From the NCBI GenBank assembly GCA_040006455.1, contig JBDTWY010000016.1:3834-67833 (forward strand): a stretch of DNA of 64,000 nt. Direction: 5' to 3'. Shown one piece after another: positions 30,663 through 38,521 of the stretch; the first letter of the stretch is position 1, and each line of letters starts with the position of its first letter. A program made the position numbers and the translations under genes. The notes under the pieces are model-generated. The model was not told the DNA's origin and did not search any database. It saw nothing but the letters and a program-made list of their open reading frames with translations. Origin of the DNA: Betaproteobacteria bacterium (lineage in GTDB: Bacteria > Pseudomonadota > Gammaproteobacteria > Burkholderiales > Casimicrobiaceae).

Positions 30663-31894
30663 GCGCGCCGGGCCGTCCCAAGGGCGAATACCGGAACGCG
30701 CAGCGCGAAGCTGTTGCAAGTGCGCCCCGTGAATTCGACGTCGTCATTGCCGGCGCAGGCTTGCCCGGGCTCGCGCTCGCAGCAGCGCTCGCCGGCAAGG
30801 GACTGGCCGTGGCGCTGAGCGACCGGCACGCGATCGCCGCATCGGAAGTGCCGTCGGACGGATTCGACACGCGGATCTACGCGGTGAGCCCGGGCAGCGC
30901 GGCGATGCTCGATGCGCTGGGCGCGTGGGCGAAACTACCCGCCGAGCGCATCACCGCGGTGGAGACGATGCGCGTATTGGGGGACGCCGGCGGCGCACTG
31001 GAATTCTCCGCGTACGACCTCCACCAGCGCGCACTGGCGTGGATCGTCGAGGAACGCGCGCTGCGCGCGGCGCTGGTCGCCCGCGTGCATGCGAGCGCCA
31101 CGACGCTGGTCGCGCCTGCGGCGTTCGCGCAGCTCGCCTTCGACGTCGAGGGCGCGACGCTCACGCTCGGCGATGGCGATGCGTTGCGTGCCCGGCTCGT
31201 CGTCGGCGCCGATGGCCTCAACTCGTGGATACGCAACGCCGCCGGTTTCACCGCGCTGCCGCGCCCCTATGCTCAAGTCGCGGTGGTCGCCAATTTCGCG
31301 TGTGAGCACGAGCACCACGGACGCGCCTCGCAATGGTTTCTCGCCGACGGCGGCGTGCTCGCTTGGCTGCCGCTGCCGGGACGGCACATCTCGATCGTGT
31401 GGTCGGCGCCCACCGCGCTGGCGCACGAGCTCGCCGGACTGCCCGCCGACGCGCTGGCGCAACGCGTCGCCGAGGCCGGCGCGCACGCGCTCGGCGCATT
31501 GACGCTGCAGGACGGTCCGGCGACGTTTCCGCTGTCGTTCCTGCGCCTGCCATCGGTCGTCGCGCACCGTCTCGCGCTGGTGGGCGATGCGGCGCATGGC
31601 GTGCATCCGCTCGCGGGACAGGGGGTCAACCTGGGGTTCGGCGATGTCGCCGTGCTGGCGCGGATCCTTGCCGAGCGGGGCCCGGTCGACGACGCCGGCG
31701 CACCGATCCTGCTCGAGCGCTACGCGCGCCGGCGCGCCGAGCCGGTGCTGGCGATGCAGACGGTCACCGATGTGCTGGCGCGTGCCTTCAGCCTGGACCA
31801 GCGGTGGCTGGCAGGGCTGCGCAACCACGCAATGGCGACAATCGACCGCTTTTCGCTGATCAAGCGGGCACTTGCGCAACCCGCGCTCCGTTAA
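30659..31894 (+). CDS. UbiH/UbiF/VisC/COQ6-family FAD-dependent hydroxylase
   Basis: [47 protein letters not shown]. Its ATG overlaps the hslV stop (ATGA at 30659-30662). Confidence 0.85.
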   Translation: MSAPGRPKGEYRNAQREAVASAPREFDVVIAGAGLPGLALAAALAGKGLAVALSDRHAIAASEVPSDGFDTRIYAVSPGSAAMLDALGAWAKLPAERITAVETMRVLGDAGGALEFSAYDLHQRALAWIVEERALRAALVARVHASATTLVAPAAFAQLAFDVEGATLTLGDGDALRARLVVGADGLNSWIRNAAGFTALPRPYAQVAVVANFACEHEHHGRASQWFLADGGVLAWLPLPGRHISIVWSAPTALAHELAGLPADALAQRVAEAGAHALGALTLQDGPATFPLSFLRLPSVVAHRLALVGDAAHGVHPLAGQGVNLGFGDVAVLARILAERGPVDDAGAPILLERYARRRAEPVLAMQTVTDVLARAFSLDQRWLAGLRNHAMATIDRFSLIKRALAQPALR

Positions 31895-31927
31895 ACTGTC
31901 GAAAGTGACCCAATCCTGGAGTTTTGC

Positions 31928-32734
31928 ATGAATATCAAAAGCTTGACGGTTGCTGCCGTTGCCGTTGCGGCGCTCGCGCTGGCCGATGCGCCGGTTGCGC
32001 TTGCGCAAACGGCGTCGAAGCCCGCCGTGAAAGCGCCCGCGGCACCGGCGATGACGTCGGAAATGGCGGCGATCCGCAAGCTGGTCGAGCAGCGCGTGCC
32101 GGGCATGGAAGTTCGCTCGATCACCAGCACCGGCATCGCCGGGCTGTACGAAGTGCTGGCCGACGACCGCATCGTCTACGTCGATCCGCAGGTCAACTAC
32201 CTGATCATGGGATCGATCTACGACCTGGCGTCGAAGCAGAACCTCACCGACGACCGCTATCGCAAGCTCAACCGGATCGCCTTCGACAGCCTGCCGTTCG
32301 ACCAGTCGTTCAAGCGCGTGCGCGGCGACGGCTCGCGGCGCGTCGCGATGTTCTCCGATGCCGATTGCCCGTTCTGCGCGCGCATCGAGAAGGAACTGGG
32401 CGGAATGACCAACGTGACGATCTACACCTTCCCTTTCCCGATCGACTCGCTGCATCCGTCGTCGGCGCTTAAGTCGCGGCAGATCTGGTGCGCCGCCGAC
32501 CGCGGCAAGGCATGGGACGAGTGGTTCAACAGCCAGAAGCTGCCCGACAACAAGGGTGACTGCGCGAATCCCGTCGCCGCCAACCAGGCGCTCGGCGAAA
32601 AGCTGCACATCTCGGCGACGCCCACGCTCGTATTCGCCGATGGTTCCGTCGTGCCGGGCGCGTTGCCGCTGGCGCAGCTGGAACAGATGCTGGCGAAGGC
32701 GGAATCCGACGCGCGCGTCGGCGCGACCCGGTAG
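31928..32734 (+). CDS. dsbC: periplasmic thiol:disulfide interchange protein, DsbC/DsbG family
   Basis: Signal peptide, N-terminal dimerisation-like domain, and a thioredoxin domain with FSDADCPFCARIEKE and ISATPTLVF (cis-Pro loop). Confidence 0.8.
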   Translation: MNIKSLTVAAVAVAALALADAPVALAQTASKPAVKAPAAPAMTSEMAAIRKLVEQRVPGMEVRSITSTGIAGLYEVLADDRIVYVDPQVNYLIMGSIYDLASKQNLTDDRYRKLNRIAFDSLPFDQSFKRVRGDGSRRVAMFSDADCPFCARIEKELGGMTNVTIYTFPFPIDSLHPSSALKSRQIWCAADRGKAWDEWFNSQKLPDNKGDCANPVAANQALGEKLHISATPTLVFADGSVVPGALPLAQLEQMLAKAESDARVGATR

Positions 32735-32794
32735 CTTTTGCAGTTCCGGCCGCGCGGGCCCGTTGCCTGCGCTTTTCCCGTTCGAGGCGCCACG

Positions 32795-33862
32795 ATGGCC
32801 ATCATCGACTTCCTGAAGAAGCAGTTCATCGACATCATCGAGTGGACCGATGATTCGCGCGACACGCTGTCGTATCGCTTCCCCGACGAGGACAAGGAGA
32901 TCAAGAACGGTGCGCAGCTGATCGTGCGCGAGTCTCAGGTCGCGCAGTTCGTCTATCTCGGCGCGTTCGCTGACAGCTTCGGCCCGGGCAAGCACACGCT
33001 GACGACCGACAACATCCCGATCCTCACCAACCTCAAGAGCTGGAAGTACGCGCTGCAGAGCCCGTTCAAGGCCGACGTCTATTATGTCGTGACACGACTC
33101 TTCACCGGCAACAAGTGGGGCACGGCCAACCCGGTGATGATGCGCGACGCCGACTTCGGCATCGTGCGCCTGCGCGCCTACGGCACGTACGACTTCCGCG
33201 TCGTCGACGTGCCGAAGTTCCTCAAGGAAGTCGCCGGTACCGACGATCATTTCCGCCTCGACGAATTCAACGATGCGATGCGCTCGCGCATCGTCAGCGT
33301 GTTCTCCGACGCGCTCGCCACCGCCAAGGTTCCCGCGCTCGACGTCGCCGCGCGCTACGGCGAGCTGGGCGAGGCGTTGTTGCCCTTGATCAACCCGGTG
33401 CTCGGCGACAAGTACGGGCTTGCGATGGCATCGTTCATCGTCGAGAACGTTTCGGTGCCACCCGAGGTCGAACAGGCGATCGACAAGCGGTCGAGCATGG
33501 CCGCGGTCGGCAATCTCAACGACTACGTCAAGTTCCAGATGGCGCAGGGACTCGAAAAAGGCAACGGCGGCCCCGGCGGCATGGCTGCGGAAATGGCGAT
33601 CGGCATGTCGATGGCGCAGCAGATGATGAACCAGACCGGAGGCTTGATGGCGCAGCAGACGCCTGGCATCGCCGCACCGGCGCCCGCCAACGGCGCCGCG
33701 GCCGCCGTCGAGTTGCTCAATCCCGCGCAGGTCGCTCAACTGCTGGGCGTCGCCGAGTCCGACGTGATGGCGAGCCTCGAGTCGGGCGACTTGAAGGGCA
33801 AGCGGATCGGCACGCAATGGCGCGTGACGCGCGACGCCGTCAACGCGTTCCTGGCAAACTGA
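32795..33862 (+). CDS. SPFH/Band-7 protein of the YdjI-like (COG4260) type fused to a C-terminal excisionase-type HTH
   Basis: N-terminus MAIIDFLKKQFIDIIEWTDDSRDTLSYRFPDEDKEIKNGAQLIVRESQ plus WKYALQSPFKADVYYV and VRLRAYGTYDFRV match my memory of the YdjI-like SPFH family. A Met/Gln/Gly/Ala-rich linker follows, then LLNPAQVAQLLGVAESDVMASLESGDLKGKRIGTQWRVTRDAVNAFL (HTH_17-like). Confidence 0.75.
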   Translation: MAIIDFLKKQFIDIIEWTDDSRDTLSYRFPDEDKEIKNGAQLIVRESQVAQFVYLGAFADSFGPGKHTLTTDNIPILTNLKSWKYALQSPFKADVYYVVTRLFTGNKWGTANPVMMRDADFGIVRLRAYGTYDFRVVDVPKFLKEVAGTDDHFRLDEFNDAMRSRIVSVFSDALATAKVPALDVAARYGELGEALLPLINPVLGDKYGLAMASFIVENVSVPPEVEQAIDKRSSMAAVGNLNDYVKFQMAQGLEKGNGGPGGMAAEMAIGMSMAQQMMNQTGGLMAQQTPGIAAPAPANGAAAAVELLNPAQVAQLLGVAESDVMASLESGDLKGKRIGTQWRVTRDAVNAFLAN

Positions 33863-34281
33863 TGCGACGCGGATTCCTGCTGGCGTTCTTCGCGCTCGCC
33901 ATTGCCGCGTCGCTGCCTGCGGCCAACGCGCAGGATGCACGCGCCACCGAGGCACAGGCGGCAGCGCGGTCCTGGCTGGCGCTTGCCGACAAGCTCGACG
34001 GCAGTGCCACCTACGCGGCTTCCGGTGACAAGTTCCAGCGTGCAATGCCGGTCAAGCGCTGGACGAAGGCGCTCCAGGATTCGCGCGGACCGTTCGGCGC
34101 GACGCAGACGCGCACCGTCGTATCGACGCAATTCGTCGATACGATCGCCGGGCAACCCAAGGGTGAATACGCGCTGGTGCTGTTCCGGTCGTCGTTCGCC
34201 AATCGGGATTTCATCCAGGAGCGGCTCACGCTCGAGAAGACGGCGAAGGGCTGGCAGGTGATCGGCTACTTCCCGCGCTGA
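33862..34281 (+). CDS. secreted DUF4019-like protein
   Basis: Signal peptide (AASLPAANAQ), then AQAAARSWLALADKLDGSATYAASGDKFQRAMPVKRW...GEYALVLFRSSF...GWQVIGYF, a pattern I associate with DUF4019. Its start overlaps the upstream stop by 1 nt (TGATG). Confidence 0.6.
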   Translation: MRRGFLLAFFALAIAASLPAANAQDARATEAQAAARSWLALADKLDGSATYAASGDKFQRAMPVKRWTKALQDSRGPFGATQTRTVVSTQFVDTIAGQPKGEYALVLFRSSFANRDFIQERLTLEKTAKGWQVIGYFPR

Positions 34282-34302
34282 CAGCCGCGCGCGCTACACC
34301 TT

Positions 34303-34321
34303 GACGGCCGCCGCGGCCGTC
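34303..34321. promoter_or_regulatory. 19-nt perfect palindrome GACGGCCGC-C-GCGGCCGTC in the spacer before the zinc-ribbon gene
   Basis: Read directly from the sequence. It lies 22 nt after the DUF4019 stop and 82 nt before the next ATG. Function unknown (hairpin or protein-binding site). Confidence 0.35.
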
Positions 34322-34402
34322 GCCGATGATCGCGGCACGCTGCGGCAGCCGACGCGGCGCGCGGATGCAACATTCCCCTGACGCCTTGCTGGCCGAACGT
34401 CG

Positions 34403-35506
34403 ATGACCGAGATCAACGCGCGCGAGAAATTCACCTGCCCCGCATGTGGCGGCGAAGCGGTGTGGGACCCGCGCAAGCAGAGGCTCGTGTGCCCATTCTG
34501 CGGCACCGAGTCGTCCGCGGCGCTGGCGAAGGATGGCGAAGTCGCCGAGCACGACCTCGCGGCGGCGCTGCGCAGGATGCTCGCGCCCGCGGCGAACGGC
34601 GACGCGACGCCGCGCAACGCGCAGCGGCAAGTGCGTTGCCAGAGCTGCAATGCGATTTCTCTGCTCGATCCTGCGCGGCAGGCGCAGAGCTGCGAATTCT
34701 GCGGATCGGCGCAGCTGGTCGCGTACGACGCCGCGCGCGAGATGTTCCTCCCCGAGGGCGTGCTGCCGTTCAGCGTCGCCGAGGACAGCGCGCGCGATCG
34801 CATCCGCGCGTGGTACGGCAAGCTGTGGCTCGCGCCCGCCGCGCTGAAGCGCCGCGCGCTGACCGACACCGTCAAGGGTGTCTACCTGCCGTACTGGACG
34901 TTCGACGCGCACGTCGATGCGACATGGACGGCGGAAGCCGGGCACTACTACTGGACCACCGAGACCTATACCGAAGGCGGGCAGAGCCGCACGCGCCAGG
35001 TGCGACAGGTGCGGTGGGAGCCGGCGGCGGGCCGGCTGTCGCACCAGTTCGACAACGACCTCGTGTGCGCATCGGTGGGCGTGCACCCCGGACTGATGCG
35101 CGGCATCGAGCCGTTTCCGATGGGTGCGCTGAAGCCCTACGACGCCGGCTACGTCAGCGGCTGGGTCGCCGAGCGTTACCAGGTCGACCTGGCGGACGCG
35201 GCGGAACGCGCGCGCGCCGACATGGACAATCAATTGCGGCAGCTGTGCGGCGCCGCGGTCCCCGGCGACACGTTTCGCAACCTGCAGGTCGACGCGCACT
35301 ATTCTGCGCAGACCTTCAAGCATATCCTCGCGCCGGTCTGGCTGCTGTCGTACACGTTCGGCGCGAAGAGCTTCCAGTGCGTGATCAACGGCGTGTCGGG
35401 GGCGATCCGGGGCGAGTACCCGAAGAGCGCGTGGAAGATCGCGCTGCTGGTGCTCGCGGTCGTCGTCGCGGTGATCATTGTCGCATCCATGGGAGGGCAG
35501 CATTGA
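34403..35506 (+). CDS. membrane-anchored double zinc-ribbon protein (YdjG-like architecture)
   Basis: Two CxxC..CxxC ribbons (CPACGGEAVWDPRKQRLVCPFCG and CQSCNAISLLDPARQAQSCEFCG), a central domain of about 230 aa, and a C-terminal TM helix (WKIALLVLAVVVAVIIVASMG). Confidence 0.65.
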   Translation: MTEINAREKFTCPACGGEAVWDPRKQRLVCPFCGTESSAALAKDGEVAEHDLAAALRRMLAPAANGDATPRNAQRQVRCQSCNAISLLDPARQAQSCEFCGSAQLVAYDAAREMFLPEGVLPFSVAEDSARDRIRAWYGKLWLAPAALKRRALTDTVKGVYLPYWTFDAHVDATWTAEAGHYYWTTETYTEGGQSRTRQVRQVRWEPAAGRLSHQFDNDLVCASVGVHPGLMRGIEPFPMGALKPYDAGYVSGWVAERYQVDLADAAERARADMDNQLRQLCGAAVPGDTFRNLQVDAHYSAQTFKHILAPVWLLSYTFGAKSFQCVINGVSGAIRGEYPKSAWKIALLVLAVVVAVIIVASMGGQH

Positions 35507-35552
35507 GCACACGACGATATCCTCGCGCCAGCCGCGCCGCATCGAGGCCCCG

Positions 35553-36305
35553 GTGAGCACATCAGGCAACGTCGCGTTCGTCACCGGCGTGTCGCGCGGA
35601 TTGGGCGAGGCGCTCGCCGCGCGACTGCTCGCCGCCGGCTGGTCGGTCGCCGGCCTTTCGCGCAGCGCGCCCGCGACGCTGGCCGGCCCGCGCTTCACGT
35701 GGGTCGAGGCCGATCTCGGCGATGTCGCGATGGCGACGGCGGCGATGCTCGCGGCGATGCGACGCGCGGCCACGCCGATGCCGGCGCGTGCGCTGCTGGT
35801 CAACAACGCGGCGATGGCCGAGCCGGTCGGACGGATGGGTGAACTCGCCGTTGGCGCGCTCGCCGCGTCGCTCGCCGTCAACCTGGTCGCGCCGACTGCG
35901 CTCGCCAACGCGTTTTGCGCGACGTTCGCCGACGCGCGCATCGCGCGCCGCGTGATCAACGTGACGTCAGGACTCGCCGGGCGCGCGATCAGCGGTGCGT
36001 CGCTGTACAGCATCGGCAAGTGCGGGATGGAAATGCTGACCCGCGCGCTCGCCATCGATCATCCCGAGCACGGATTCGCCGCGGTGACGCTGCGGCCAGG
36101 CATCATCGACACCGCGATGCAGGTGTTCATGCGCAGCCGCTCCAGCGAAGAGCTGCCCGACGTCGGGATGTTCAGGAGCTTCCACGACGACGGCCAGCTC
36201 GTCGCCGCCGACCGCGTCGCCGAGGTGACGATCGCGCGCCTCGTCGATCGCGACGTCGAGTCGGGCCGCACCTACAACTACGCGGAGCTCGCCGCCGGCA
36301 CCTAA
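35553..36305 (+). CDS. short-chain dehydrogenase/reductase (SDR)
   Basis: VAFVTGVSRGLGEALA (TGxxxGxG), LVNNAA, and the S...YSIGK catalytic motif. GTG start chosen so that it does not overlap the upstream gene. Confidence 0.8.
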   Translation: MSTSGNVAFVTGVSRGLGEALAARLLAAGWSVAGLSRSAPATLAGPRFTWVEADLGDVAMATAAMLAAMRRAATPMPARALLVNNAAMAEPVGRMGELAVGALAASLAVNLVAPTALANAFCATFADARIARRVINVTSGLAGRAISGASLYSIGKCGMEMLTRALAIDHPEHGFAAVTLRPGIIDTAMQVFMRSRSSEELPDVGMFRSFHDDGQLVAADRVAEVTIARLVDRDVESGRTYNYAELAAGT

Positions 36306-36457
36306 GCAAGGTCCGCCGGCGCCTCCACCGTATCGTCGTCTGGCGCGACGGCGCCCATCCGCATCAGCGCGTGGCGTACGCAGGCGACGATGCCGGGACG
36401 GCTGTCGGTGAGCGTGCCGTCGAGATCGAACAGCAGCGTGTCAGGCGCCGCGATCAT
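36302..36457 (-). pseudogene. N-terminal remnant (about 50 codons) of a HAD-superfamily phosphatase
   Basis: MIAAPDTLLFDLDGTLTDSRPGIVACVRHALMRMG is a typical HAD motif-I N-terminus. The frame stops after 51 codons, where it meets the convergent SDR gene (4-nt overlap). HAD motifs II-IV are absent. Confidence 0.45.
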
Positions 36458-36825
36458 CGCGGCGACGAATGCACGGTGACGTGATAGCTGATGGCGGCGC
36501 CGGCGGCGCCGGCCTTCCACGCAAGGCAATAGCGACCGGGGATTTCCACGGCGAACACGCCGGCGTCCGCGATCACGTCCTGCCGCGACAGCGGAATGAT
36601 CACCGCGGATCCCTGCCGGTAGTAGAGATCGAAGCCGACCTTGTCAGTCGACTCGAAGCGGAAGTCGATGCGATCGCCGGCGCCGGCGTCGGCGCAGTCC
36701 TCGCGAATCTGCCACGGCGCAATCGGCTGCGCGGCGACGACGTGCGGCGTGTCCGGAGGAAACGGCACGGTGGTGGCGCAGGCCCCCACCCAAGACGCGA
36801 CCAGCAGCGCGCAGGCGCGCTTCAT
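36454..36825 (-). CDS. small lipoprotein of unknown function
   Basis: MKRACALLVASWVGAC lipobox. About 123 aa and predicted beta-rich. ATGA overlaps with both neighbours. Confidence 0.55.
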   Translation of the reverse strand: MKRACALLVASWVGACATTVPFPPDTPHVVAAQPIAPWQIREDCADAGAGDRIDFRFESTDKVGFDLYYRQGSAVIIPLSRQDVIADAGVFAVEIPGRYCLAWKAGAAGAAISYHVTVHSSPR

Positions 36826-37376
36826 CGGCGCCGCAGCTCGCGCCAGTCTTCGGCGAGCATTGCGAAGCGCGCGTGGTCGCGCCAACGTCCGCCGATCTTG
36901 AGATAGCGCCGCGAATAGCCTTCGCGCGTGAAGCCGTTGCGCGCGAGGAATTCGATCGAGCGCGTGTTGCCCGGCTGCACGTTCGCCTCGACGCGATGCA
37001 GCTTCAAGTCGCGAAACGCGGCATCGAGCACCAACCGCAGTCCCTCGCTCATCTCGCCCTTGCCGGCCGCGCGGGCGAATGCGTAATAGCCGAGGTACGC
37101 GCTGCAGAACACGCCGTGGACGATCTCCGACAGGTTGAACACGCCGGCCAGCGCGAGATCCCGGTTGCGAACGACGAGATAGCCGCGATAGGTGGCGACG
37201 CGACCGATGGCCTGGCGCAGGTACGCGGCGAATTGCGCCGGCGTCGCCGGCGCGCGGACCCAGCGCTCGTGCAGTGCGCGGCTCGCACGCGCGGAGGCGA
37301 GAAAAGCGTGAGCGTCATCGGCGTGCGGTGCGCGAATCGAGACATTGGCGGACTTGCGCACGAACGACGTAGGCAT
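36822..37376 (-). CDS. GNAT-family N-acetyltransferase (RimJ/RimL-like)
   Basis: 184 aa from MPTSFVRKS. LHRVEANVQPGNTRSIEFLARNGFTREGYSRRYLKIGGRWRDH is typical of the RimJ-like subgroup. The longer track ORF (to 37670) is a low-complexity extension antisense to fpr. Confidence 0.8.
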   Translation of the reverse strand: MPTSFVRKSANVSIRAPHADDAHAFLASARASRALHERWVRAPATPAQFAAYLRQAIGRVATYRGYLVVRNRDLALAGVFNLSEIVHGVFCSAYLGYYAFARAAGKGEMSEGLRLVLDAAFRDLKLHRVEANVQPGNTRSIEFLARNGFTREGYSRRYLKIGGRWRDHARFAMLAEDWRELRRR

Positions 37377-37410
37377 AATCGTATTCTCAGGGCTTGGATG
37401 AAAGACCGCA

Positions 37411-38247
37411 ATGTCAGCATGGATTGAAGGCCGCGTCATGGCGAAAAAACGCTGGACCCCCGGACTTCTGTCGCTCGAAGTCAACGCGCCGGAGGTGGCG
37501 TTCGTCGCCGGGCAATTCGCACGGCTCGCGCTGCCCGCGCCGGTGGCCGTCGACGCGCAACCCGCGGTCGCGACGGCGACGCCATCATCGGCAAGTGCGC
37601 CGGCCGGTGTACCAGCCACGACGAGCGCGAGCAAGGAGCAGATGATCGGCAGGCCGTACTCGTTCGTCAACGCGCCGGGTGCGCCGCATCACGAGTTCTA
37701 CTTCAACGTGGTTCCCGAGGGTCCGTTCTCGCCGCGGCTCGCGCTGCTGGAGCCCGGCGATCCGCTGTGGCTCGCGCCGCGCGCCAACGGTTTCTTTTCG
37801 GTTAGCGAGACGCCCGCGACGGACGTGCTGTGGTGCCTGTCGACCGGCACGGGCATCGGTCCCTTCCTGTCGATCCTGCGCACCACCGAGCCCTGGGAGA
37901 AATTCTCGCGCATCGTGCTCGTGCACGCGGTGCGCGTGTCGTCGGACCTCACTTACCGCGAATTGATGAATGACCTCGTGCACGCGCACAGCGGCGCGTT
38001 CGCGTACGTTCCGGTGGTGAGCCGCGAAGCGCATCCGCGCGCGCTCGAGGGCCGCATTCCGTCGCTGATCGAGGATGGCTCGCTGGAGACACGCGTTGGT
38101 CTGGCGCTCACCGCGGAGAATTCGCACACGATGCTGTGCGGCAATCCGGCGATGGTGGACGACGTGCAGGCGGTGCTGTTGACGCGGGGAATGAAGCGGC
38201 ACCGGCGCAAGGAGCCGGGGCATGTGACCGTGGAGACTTATTGGTAG
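37411..38247 (+). CDS. fpr: ferredoxin--NADP(+) reductase (Fpr type)
   Basis: GQFARL...RPYSFVNAP (FAD RxYS motif), WCLSTGTGIGPFLSIL, MLCGNPAMV, C-terminal VETYW. Carries a low-complexity insert (see findings). Confidence 0.85.
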   Translation: MSAWIEGRVMAKKRWTPGLLSLEVNAPEVAFVAGQFARLALPAPVAVDAQPAVATATPSSASAPAGVPATTSASKEQMIGRPYSFVNAPGAPHHEFYFNVVPEGPFSPRLALLEPGDPLWLAPRANGFFSVSETPATDVLWCLSTGTGIGPFLSILRTTEPWEKFSRIVLVHAVRVSSDLTYRELMNDLVHAHSGAFAYVPVVSREAHPRALEGRIPSLIEDGSLETRVGLALTAENSHTMLCGNPAMVDDVQAVLLTRGMKRHRRKEPGHVTVETYW

Positions 38248-38267
38248 TCGTTGAGAGGCTCGCATTC

Positions 38268-38490
38268 ATCCGTCATTCGGACAACAAGGGCCGTCATTCC
38301 CGCGACAGGGCCGTCATTCCCGCGAAAGCGGGAACCCAGGGGCGTTGGTTTGACGTCACATCGAAGCCAAAAGTCCGTCGTTCCCGCATTCATCAAAGCC
38401 GTCATTCCCGCGAAAGCGGGAACCCAGTGTCGCTGGTGTGACGTCACATCGAAGTCACTGGGTTCCCGCTTGCGCGGGAATGACGGCCTT
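38268..38490. repeat. cluster of REP/MITE-like palindromic units (CGTCATTCCCGCG-AAAG-CGGGAACCCAG)
   Basis: Full units lie at 38311-38339 and 38399-38427 (direct, 88 bp apart), each followed by a TGACGTCACATCGAAG box. An inverted unit lies at 38456-38487. Degenerate half-units start at 38271, 38292 and 38377. The cluster sits between convergent fpr and pepN. Confidence 0.75.
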
Positions 38491-38493
38491 TTT
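38398..38493 (+). terminator. long hairpin formed by inverted REP units followed by a T5 run (probable fpr terminator)
   Basis: Arms at 38398-38429 and 38456-38487 are nearly perfectly complementary. TTTTT at 38489-38493 follows immediately. Confidence 0.45.
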
Positions 38494-38521
38494 CCAGCGA
38501 TGACGGCGACGGCGGCCTCCT

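Noticed and set aside
33713-33862. An excisionase-like HTH as evidence for a prophage or integrative element.
   Set aside because: There is no integrase, att-like repeat, tRNA target or phage gene nearby. The HTH is an in-frame C-terminal domain of the SPFH protein rather than a separate xis gene.
36822-37670. Long N-terminal extensions of several track ORFs: GNAT to 37670, HlyD to 17315, KdsC to 60022, TolQ to 46536, RuvA to 48438, LptA to 57895, LptC to 58404, YebC to 51036, and the HAD gene to 49569.
   Set aside because: The extensions overlap upstream genes or are low-complexity. Internal ATG, GTG or TTG codons give family-typical N-termini, often with ATGA-type overlaps to the upstream stop.
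38268-38490. Possible CRISPR array, because of closely spaced repeated units.
   Set aside because: There are only two full direct copies plus one inverted copy. The units are themselves palindromic REP-like hairpins, the spacers are not uniform, part of the intervening sequence is itself repeated, and no cas genes are in the window.
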